Positions 17,410 to 25,212 of a DNA stretch of 45,165 nucleotides are shown one piece after another. Position 1 is the stretch's first letter; the number at the start of each line of letters is the position of its first letter. The notes below the pieces were generated by a model. The model did no database searches and was not told the origin of the DNA. It saw only the letters and a program-made list of their open reading frames with translations. Both the position numbers and the translations under genes were made by a program. This stretch comes from an uncultured archaeon (GTDB taxonomy: Archaea; Asgardarchaeota; Thorarchaeia; Thorarchaeales; Thorarchaeaceae). The stretch covers positions 1-45,165 of the forward strand of contig CAZMBV010000001.1 of the NCBI GenBank assembly GCA_964564335.1, read 5' to 3'.

Positions 17410-20400
17410 TGGGCATCCTTACGAATGAAATTGGAGTCGACGACCAAAGCGATGTGGATGAATCTAAAGGCAGTATCCTTGTCGTCGACGATAACGTTTC
17501 TCTATGTAGAAGTCTAACTCTTATTCTTAATAAAGCAGGTTATTCCTCAATTGGAGTTGAAACCGGAGCAGCAGCTCTCTCAGCGTTAGAATTGAACCAT
17601 TTTGACATCGCAATCGTAGACATGCGTCTTCCTGATATGGATGGTACCGAACTTCTTTCTAAGTTAAATGCGATTGATTCAGAGATGGAGAATATCATCA
17701 TAACCGGTCACGCATCTGTTGAAACAGCGATACGCGCGATGGAGAAAAAATCTTCAGCGTACCTTACTAAACCTCTCGATATGGAACGAACTATGGATAC
17801 AATTGCTCGGCTGATGGATAAGCGAAAACTAATCTCTCAAAAGAGGAGAGCAGAACAATCACTGGCAGAGAGTGAACAGTGGTTTCGTTCAATCTTTAAT
17901 GACTCTCCAATTGCTATCAATGTATTCGACGCAGATGGACAAATTCTAGCTGCGAATGAAGCGATGTTACAATTCTCTGGCGTTTCAGGTTTCAGTGAAA
18001 TCTCTACACTAAATCTATTCGATGACCCTAACACACCTGAAGAAGAGAACGCAAGAATTAGGTCTGGTGAGAAGGTATATACGGAAAAAGAATTCAATTT
18101 TGATTTAGTTCGTCAGTTTGGAATTTATCCTACCACGAAGTCTGGAATTGTGTATATTCATTCGGGCATTACACCTCTAAGATATGGAAATTCTGATGAA
18201 ATACATGGATACATTGTTCAGATTGTTGATGAAACTGCCAAAGTTAAAACGAAACAATTGCTCCATGAGAGTGAAGCTCTCTTTCGTGGAATTTTCGAAC
18301 AATCTCCTATTGCAATCGAACTTTTTGATAAAGATGGAAATTTATTACGAGCCAATCAAGCAGCTCTAAATCTCTTTGGTGTTACTTCGGTTGATGATTT
18401 TAAGGGGCTCAATCTTTTTTCTGATCCTAACGCTCTTCCATGGGTTCAAGATGAATTAAAATTGGGAAACGCAACACGGATCGAACAAAAATTTGATTTC
18501 AATAAAACAAAATCCTTCAATGTTTATCCTTCAAGCAAAACTGGCGTCCTCTATTTAGATATAATCAACACTCCAATTGATATCAATAACGATGGCAAAT
18601 ATGATGGATTTCTCTCTCAAATTAGAGATATCACAGAGAATAAGATATCTGAAGACAAACTTACGAAACAAGCGCACCAGCTGAACGAACGAGTAAAGGA
18701 ACTTTCCTGCCTACATGAAACAGCAAGATTACTCATGTCGGGACTTCCTCTTGATGCATTGATAGAGGAGCTTCTACTAGTATTTCAGAAAGCGCTTCAG
18801 TACCCTGAAAATACATCTGTACAAATTAAATATCATGATTCTGTGTACACTTCACCCGATTTTGTTGAAACTGAATGGAGTATTTCTTCAGAAATACAGA
18901 TTTCTAATCGAATAATTGGTGAAATCATTATCTACTATACTGAAGAAAAACCACCAGAATATAAAGGTCCATTCCTAGAGGAAGAAGTCATTTTAATTGA
19001 TGCTCTTGCAGACAAATTGGGAAATTATATAGAGAAGCAGAATGCACAACTTGCATTGGTTGAAAGCGAGAAAAAATATCGAAAACTCTTTGATAATCTA
19101 ACAGATGGTGTGACACTTACAGACTTTAGTGGCAATTTGAAATTATGTAATGATATATTCCTGCAGGTTTTTGGTTATAGCGAAGATGAAGCTATCGGAA
19201 TGAATTTTAGGGAATTCCTTCATCCAGAATGCAGAGATCAGGCACTATCTGAATTTATTACTAGTGTAGATTCTACAAAGACAGCATCTGATGGTATCGA
19301 ACTTACCGGACTGAAAAGGGATGGATCATCATTTTATATTAACATTCAGAACTCAATTGTCTATGAATATGAGCAACCGATTGGATATCAATCTGTTATT
19401 CGTGATGTAACACAAGAAAAGTTGGCTGAAATTGCGATTCTTGATGAAAGAGATAAGGCTCAAAGATATCTCGACATTGCTGGCGCCATAATTGTTGTAG
19501 TAGACCGTGATGGAATCGTAGAGCTGATTAATCGGAAGGGTTCTGAGATACTCGGATGTTCGATTGATAGAGTAGTAGGCAAAAACTGGATTCAGAATTT
19601 TATTCCTCAAAAGAGCCAGAATAAAGCGAGGGATGATTTCTCCAGACTCTTAGAAGGTGTTGAAAGTGCTTTTAGGTCTAAGGAAGGCCCAATACTAACG
19701 AAAAGTGGGTATGAACATATCATTGAATGGCGAAATTCCGCAATTTATGATTCTGAAGAAAACATAATCGGAGTAGTATCATCTGGTGTCGATATTACAG
19801 AGCGAAAACAAGCGGAGGATAATCTAAAAAATACCGCTGATTCAGCACGGCTTTACCTTGATATTATGGGCCATGATATTCGAAATCACCTTCAAGCTAT
19901 TGTGATGGGTACAGATATCATGAGCCATCAAGATCTATCTGTTGAAGATGTTGCGATATTCGAATTAATTGTGGAATCAGTAGAATCATCTCAGAAGCTA
20001 ATTGACCAGGTTCAAGCAACTAGAGAGTTGCTCTCAACTCCGCTTGAATTAGTATCTCTGTCCGAGATATTTATCGAGTTTACTGAAAGTGTTACAAAAA
20101 TCTTTAGTGATGTTGATTTTCACATTGAATCAAATGTTCATAATGAGTTTGTTCTTGCAGATCAATATCTGAAGGTTCTTTGCAGGAATTTGGTCGATAA
20201 TGCGGTTTATCACAATCCTAACACAGAAAGATCTGTTTGGATTCTTCTTCAAAAGACGAAGGATGGCTTTTTGATTTCAGTTAAAGACAATGGAAATGGG
20301 ATTCCTGACTCGCGAAAAGAGTCACTATTTGATCCTGGAAGAAGATATGGTGGCGTGGGAATTCATCAAGCCAAAAATATCGTTGAAAAATATAATGGAC

Positions 20401-20495
20401 ACATTTCTGTTGCTGACCGAGTTGAAGGTAATCCTAGTCAAGGCACCTCGTTTGATGTTTGGATACCAAAACATAAAGAAAACCAAAATCAGTAA
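17409..20495 (+). CDS. Hybrid sensor kinase: N-terminal receiver - PAS x n - GAF-like - PAS - histidine kinase
   Basis: Paralogue of 7972-10974 with long shared blocks (WFRSIFNDSPIAINVFD, ERDKAQRYLDIAG, GKNWIQNFIP, GHDIRNHLQAI, DNGNGIP, GGVGIHQAK). The start overlaps the upstream stop (TAATG at 17407-17411). Confidence 0.85.
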   Translation: MGILTNEIGVDDQSDVDESKGSILVVDDNVSLCRSLTLILNKAGYSSIGVETGAAALSALELNHFDIAIVDMRLPDMDGTELLSKLNAIDSEMENIIITGHASVETAIRAMEKKSSAYLTKPLDMERTMDTIARLMDKRKLISQKRRAEQSLAESEQWFRSIFNDSPIAINVFDADGQILAANEAMLQFSGVSGFSEISTLNLFDDPNTPEEENARIRSGEKVYTEKEFNFDLVRQFGIYPTTKSGIVYIHSGITPLRYGNSDEIHGYIVQIVDETAKVKTKQLLHESEALFRGIFEQSPIAIELFDKDGNLLRANQAALNLFGVTSVDDFKGLNLFSDPNALPWVQDELKLGNATRIEQKFDFNKTKSFNVYPSSKTGVLYLDIINTPIDINNDGKYDGFLSQIRDITENKISEDKLTKQAHQLNERVKELSCLHETARLLMSGLPLDALIEELLLVFQKALQYPENTSVQIKYHDSVYTSPDFVETEWSISSEIQISNRIIGEIIIYYTEEKPPEYKGPFLEEEVILIDALADKLGNYIEKQNAQLALVESEKKYRKLFDNLTDGVTLTDFSGNLKLCNDIFLQVFGYSEDEAIGMNFREFLHPECRDQALSEFITSVDSTKTASDGIELTGLKRDGSSFYINIQNSIVYEYEQPIGYQSVIRDVTQEKLAEIAILDERDKAQRYLDIAGAIIVVVDRDGIVELINRKGSEILGCSIDRVVGKNWIQNFIPQKSQNKARDDFSRLLEGVESAFRSKEGPILTKSGYEHIIEWRNSAIYDSEENIIGVVSSGVDITERKQAEDNLKNTADSARLYLDIMGHDIRNHLQAIVMGTDIMSHQDLSVEDVAIFELIVESVESSQKLIDQVQATRELLSTPLELVSLSEIFIEFTESVTKIFSDVDFHIESNVHNEFVLADQYLKVLCRNLVDNAVYHNPNTERSVWILLQKTKDGFLISVKDNGNGIPDSRKESLFDPGRRYGGVGIHQAKNIVEKYNGHISVADRVEGNPSQGTSFDVWIPKHKENQNQ

Positions 20496-20555
20496 TACAT
20501 AGTTCGTGCTGAAAATTTACAAACCATCAAGGGAACGTTGTCCCCAGATTTGTTT

Positions 20556-22151
20556 CTACTTAGTATCTGGCCTTGACATTCTTTTGATTCCTATTACAGA
20601 AATAATAATTCCGATAACTATCATAGGAGTACTCACTGTTAACATGAAAAGAATTAGATTACTTTCAACCATCATCACCCTAATTCCAATCATTAATGCC
20701 ATTACGACAATACCGATGACCGCAAAAATGGATACGAACGTATTCACCATAAATGCACTGCTTTTTTGATCTTCATACGCAGGATTGTTTGCTGTAACTC
20801 CAATACACAATAAGACTGCTCCACACGTTGACCAATACGCATACGCAATAACCGCTAATGATTCGAGGATATTAAATCCAAAGACAACAGCAGCTACAAT
20901 TGATGGGATTATAGCAACTGGAATTATCAGAATGAAGAATCCAATGATACGAGCTTTCGCAAATTTCCAGACTCCATTTGGAGAGGACTTGATTATCCAG
21001 AGCTGATCCTTTGATTCAAGAAATCCAATTCCTCCAAATGTAATTCCACTAACCATAGCAAGCATCATTCCTAACATCAGAATTGTAATCATCAAAATTA
21101 TTTGATGAACTCCTTCAGGAGCACCTTCAGGCATTGAACCCATAGCATAACTTAGAATGATTGGTAATAGGACAGAGATAATGACACCATAAATGAGTCG
21201 TGACATATTCTGCATTTTACGTGTGAACTCTTTGATTGAATTAACAACTAGAACACCAGGCGCTCCAGGATATAATCGTCTTATCCCTTTTAAGAACCGA
21301 TTCTCCTCTCCAACTGTTGTAATCTTTTCTGTACGCGGGCCAGATCCAAAAGAGAAGATTCTGTCTGCTGATACGTATGCTAGGACTACAATTAGTGTTG
21401 TGAAGCATAGAAGCATAATGAAATCTCCAAAAACGGTCAGCGTCAAAATGTCAACGAACAAGGTCTCTGACAAACCTAGACCATTGAAGATTATAATGCT
21501 CCATGAGATGATGTCAGCTCCCCACGTAAAGGGAAATAGAATGAAGACATCTAAGCCAAGGATTGCTGACATGGCACTTGAGAAGTAGATTAATCCATAC
21601 ATCGGAATGAGAACGACGATAGCAACAACCATTGACAGTGCTTTTGCAATATCGTTCCCACGGGATGATTCACCAAGTTTTGCTTGAATAGCCGTAGTGA
21701 TGAGATTTGAAAAGAATAAGGTACTGAGAGCAACGAAGAACAGAGTAAGATACATGATGATTTGACCGAGTAGGCTAACCTGCATGACTATTGCAAATGG
21801 TGTAAGCATTATTGGTGCAATAAATAACACAAGTAGTCCATAGCTAGGAACCTTTCCTAGGAACATTCCGAACATCATGTCCCATGTACTTACGTTATTA
21901 CTCAACATAATTTCCCATTGGCCGATACGAATCTCTTGTAAGGCGTATGAAATTGGATAGATAAGGAAAATAACCCAGAGAAGCATCATTACTGAGCGCA
22001 TTAAACTTGGAAAGCTGTACATTAGCAATAATTCTACTCCTGGCCCAAATGAATCGAGGATGGATGGCATTATGCCTGGAACAATGAATAATGCCCAGAT
22101 GATCCCAATACATAAGAGAATGATGTTAGCAGGATTACGGTATCTACGCAA
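20556..22151 (-). CDS. ABC-2-type transporter permease (polytopic)
   Basis: About 12 or more hydrophobic helices, located directly downstream of an ABC ATPase. The track start is TTG at 22151, but the reading frame stays open to 22238 and encodes a typical permease N-terminus (see findings). Confidence 0.7.
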   Translation of the reverse strand: MRRYRNPANIILLCIGIIWALFIVPGIMPSILDSFGPGVELLLMYSFPSLMRSVMMLLWVIFLIYPISYALQEIRIGQWEIMLSNNVSTWDMMFGMFLGKVPSYGLLVLFIAPIMLTPFAIVMQVSLLGQIIMYLTLFFVALSTLFFSNLITTAIQAKLGESSRGNDIAKALSMVVAIVVLIPMYGLIYFSSAMSAILGLDVFILFPFTWGADIISWSIIIFNGLGLSETLFVDILTLTVFGDFIMLLCFTTLIVVLAYVSADRIFSFGSGPRTEKITTVGEENRFLKGIRRLYPGAPGVLVVNSIKEFTRKMQNMSRLIYGVIISVLLPIILSYAMGSMPEGAPEGVHQIILMITILMLGMMLAMVSGITFGGIGFLESKDQLWIIKSSPNGVWKFAKARIIGFFILIIPVAIIPSIVAAVVFGFNILESLAVIAYAYWSTCGAVLLCIGVTANNPAYEDQKSSAFMVNTFVSIFAVIGIVVMALMIGIRVMMVESNLILFMLTVSTPMIVIGIIISVIGIKRMSRPDTK

Positions 22152-22210
22152 TTTAGATGTCTGTACAAAGAATTCAGTTTTGGCAATGGCTAACCATTTT
22201 CTGGTCAGAT

Positions 22211-22969
22211 TCAGTCCCTCCAGCTGAGAAGTTTTGATCTATCTACTTGACCTCCAACGATTTTCAGGTAAGCATCTTCCAGGTCCTTTCCTGCAACTTG
22301 ATCTATGATATCTGAGGGTGAACCCAGAGTATTTAGTAAACCCTCATTCAAGATACCTATTACCTCACAGACATCTTCCGCAAAATCGGTCATGTGTGTA
22401 CAGATGAAGAATGTGGTATCCATCTCTTCTGCCATTGCGATGATAATCTCTTTGACCAAAGCGCTTGCAGCTGGATCTAGTCTCGAAGTCGGTTCATCAA
22501 GGAAGACTAGTCGGGGTTCATGCAATACTGTTGATGCTACCAATACTTTTTGTTTCATACCACTGCTATAACTTTCCAGTAGGTCATTTTGTCGCTCCTC
22601 TAAACCCATTAGATCTAGGAGTCTATCAATTCGTCGATGGAGTAACTCTCCACTCATGTCATTAAGTGCACCTATGAATTCTAGAAATTCCACAGCAGAG
22701 AGTTTGGAATAGAGACCTGGGGTTTCTGGTAAGAGTCCAGTGACTGATTTAATTTCTTTTCTTTGAGTATGTACATCAAAACCGCAAACAGTAGCATTTC
22801 CACTGGTCTGTTTTAACAGTCCTGACAAAATACGTACTGCAGTTGTTTTTCCAGCTCCATTTGGCCCAAGAAACCCAAAGACGCTACCTCTTGGGACATT
22901 GAGATTCAAGTTCTGTAATGCTAGAACACTTCCAAAATTCTTTGAGAGACCTTCGGTCTGTATATCCAT
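22211..22969 (-). CDS. ABC transporter ATP-binding protein
   Basis: Walker A GPNGAGKTT, signature SSGMKQK, Walker B LVFLDEPTSRLD. The track start is GTG at 22981; the in-frame ATG at 22969 gives the typical MDIQTEGLSKNFG. Confidence 0.85.
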   Translation of the reverse strand: MDIQTEGLSKNFGSVLALQNLNLNVPRGSVFGFLGPNGAGKTTAVRILSGLLKQTSGNATVCGFDVHTQRKEIKSVTGLLPETPGLYSKLSAVEFLEFIGALNDMSGELLHRRIDRLLDLMGLEERQNDLLESYSSGMKQKVLVASTVLHEPRLVFLDEPTSRLDPAASALVKEIIIAMAEEMDTTFFICTHMTDFAEDVCEVIGILNEGLLNTLGSPSDIIDQVAGKDLEDAYLKIVGGQVDRSKLLSWRD

Positions 22970-23144
22970 ATTCCCTGACACTTGACCACTACCAATTCCT
23001 GTTCGATGCTTGAAGATATAAACGTTTTACAGAATTTTAATTACTCTCCATTTGCGTATTTTTATCACAACCACTCAAACCTTACATGTCTGTTCTCTTC
23101 CTTAGATATACAAAGAAAATCATATTTTGCCGGAAGTTGATTGC

Positions 23145-24395
23145 ATGGCCTCTGACGCAACTAATTCAGATAGAGTTTCAATCACTCGGAGAATCCGCTA
23201 CATATTATTTGAGCCATCAGATGCACTTATTTCTGATGTTGTCAGAGTTAAGGCACGACTGCTGTCATTATCGTTGTTTTTAATTGTAATTCTACTTCCT
23301 TCTATTCAGGTAGTACTGGGAATATTCTTCGTAAGTGCAACGACAATCCTACAAGCAACTCTTATTTTCTTTGCAATTTACATAATCAGTAGGACCAAAT
23401 ACGTTGTTATTGCAGGTGTCTTAATGGCTCTGGCGCTAGCGATAATGCCCTATCTGTTTCTATTGACCCCATTCAATCGGAGTCAAACAAGAATAGTTCT
23501 TAATCTCATTATTTGGCCTGTCATCGCAGCTTTGTATGGTTCGCAGTGGTTCTCATCTCGTCTAGAGGCTCTTTTCATTTCAGGGCAAACAATCGGGCTA
23601 GTGTTATACTCTAGCATTTACCCAGCTATTGATTTACTTATAGCTCTGGAACCAATAATAGATCAAGCCGCAATTAATCTGGTTATCCTAATATTTACAT
23701 GGTCTTTGAATTATTATATTTCTGAACTTGAAGAACACAAGCAGTTCCTTGAACAACGTCAAAGGGAGCTTGAGGTCTATACATCCGTACTGACACATGA
23801 CTTAGGAAACGATATGCAAATTGTCAAAGGTCACATTGAGCTTCTCGGTGAAATTGAGAGGTGGCCAGAGAATATTGAATCATATCTATCAACAACACTT
23901 GCTGTTAGTGAAAGAATGTCACAGGTCATCAAACTATTCTCTGTTGTTGGTAGAGGAAGTGAATACGATTTCCTTGATACTCTTCAGACTATGGCGAAGA
24001 ATGCAAAGCAATCTAGAGGTGGAGCAAATGTGAAACTAATGTACGAGCGAGATGTCCGATCCTCAAATATCCGTCCCGGTATACTGCTTCCCTTAGTTCT
24101 TGAAAATCTGTTAAGAAATACTGCTGACTACGCTGGTAATGGAGCAGTTGTAACTATTCGTCTTGGTTTAGTTGAAAAGAACCTTCTAATTACGTATCGT
24201 GATGATGGGCCTGGAATTGATGAGACTGTACGGGATAGGATTTTTCAAAAAGGTGTGACTACGAGGGGAGAAGGGAAAGGTTTAGGACTGTATCTCTCAA
24301 AGAGAATCATCGAATCATATGGTGGAACAATTGAACTACTGGAATCGCAATTAGGTTCGGGAGCTGCATTTCTTATCTCGGTTCCAGTCCTTTAG
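23145..24395 (+). CDS. Membrane-bound sensor histidine kinase
   Basis: About six N-terminal TM helices, then H-box THDLGNDMQIV and an ATPase domain (ENLLRNTADY, DDGPGID, GKGLGLYLSK). The track start is TTG at 23127; I prefer the ATG at 23145 (MASDATN). Confidence 0.8.
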   Translation: MASDATNSDRVSITRRIRYILFEPSDALISDVVRVKARLLSLSLFLIVILLPSIQVVLGIFFVSATTILQATLIFFAIYIISRTKYVVIAGVLMALALAIMPYLFLLTPFNRSQTRIVLNLIIWPVIAALYGSQWFSSRLEALFISGQTIGLVLYSSIYPAIDLLIALEPIIDQAAINLVILIFTWSLNYYISELEEHKQFLEQRQRELEVYTSVLTHDLGNDMQIVKGHIELLGEIERWPENIESYLSTTLAVSERMSQVIKLFSVVGRGSEYDFLDTLQTMAKNAKQSRGGANVKLMYERDVRSSNIRPGILLPLVLENLLRNTADYAGNGAVVTIRLGLVEKNLLITYRDDGPGIDETVRDRIFQKGVTTRGEGKGLGLYLSKRIIESYGGTIELLESQLGSGAAFLISVPVL

Positions 24396-24407
24396 GGAAC
24401 GTGATAT

Positions 24408-25190
24408 TCATAGTGAAAATTGTTTCTGAAGTTTGCTACTCCGATAACAGGCCTTGATGCATTTTCCACATATGTCCTTCTCGATACCCTTTGACTTTAA
24501 AAACTGAATGTACCTATGGCAATTCTCTCTGTAGTCAGGTAGAATATTGCGATGCCTGATGAATCCGCAGGCATCCTCGCACGCTGTACAAATTCCGCAC
24601 ATCGATTCAATTCTCACTCCATGTTGGAATGGCATTTTAGTAATTATTGATGCGAATCTGATTGCGCAACTATACTTCTCATGGATGATAAGTTGGTTCT
24701 TACCACGCCACCCAATCCCTGAGTTTTCGGCAACGACTCTGTGAGAAACGACCAGCGGCCAGTATTCCCACACATGTTCGACTTCTCCTTTCATATCTCC
24801 AATAGTTGCCTTCAGAGGAATACCGTTGAACTGAGATGCTATTGCAAGAGCCATTCGATTCAGAACTTGATTGATTCTATCGTATTCTCTTCCGTATTCA
24901 TTCCAAAGCGGATAATCTGTTTCACCAGTGTCTTTGTTGTCTATATAATCAATTATGGGATTTCGATAAGCCACACCAATGCATATGATGGAACCGGATT
25001 CGTAGAGATCACCAAATCTTTTTTTAGTTATCTCATGGAGTTTCTTCTTCTGTACATCCATGAGTTCATCATAAACAGCTTTGTAACTTGATATACCAAT
25101 ATCTCCGCGTTCGTTTCCTTCATCAAGAAGCTCTTGGAACACTCTATGTAATTCTAGAGTGTTCTCTTTAGCTTCGGTTTGATGATTCAT
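24408..25190 (-). CDS. QueG-like / reductive-dehalogenase-superfamily 4Fe-4S protein
   Basis: AENSGIGWRGKNQLIIHEKYSCAIRFASIIT resembles the AGLGWIGKN..LI..GS block of epoxyqueuosine reductase. It is followed by CGICTACEDAC and CGKCIKAC. The gene lies 22 nt downstream of the hdr operon, with ggag upstream of its ATG. Confidence 0.5.
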   Translation of the reverse strand: MNHQTEAKENTLELHRVFQELLDEGNERGDIGISSYKAVYDELMDVQKKKLHEITKKRFGDLYESGSIICIGVAYRNPIIDYIDNKDTGETDYPLWNEYGREYDRINQVLNRMALAIASQFNGIPLKATIGDMKGEVEHVWEYWPLVVSHRVVAENSGIGWRGKNQLIIHEKYSCAIRFASIITKMPFQHGVRIESMCGICTACEDACGFIRHRNILPDYRENCHRYIQFLKSKGIEKDICGKCIKACYRSSKLQKQFSL

Positions 25191-25212
25191 CTTATGTTCT
25201 CCATAGGGATTA

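Noticed and set aside
20506-21588. Plus-strand ORFs 20506-20769, 20785-21006 and 21193-21588
   Set aside because: They are antisense to the ABC-2 permease. Hydrophobic genes commonly give long antisense frames.
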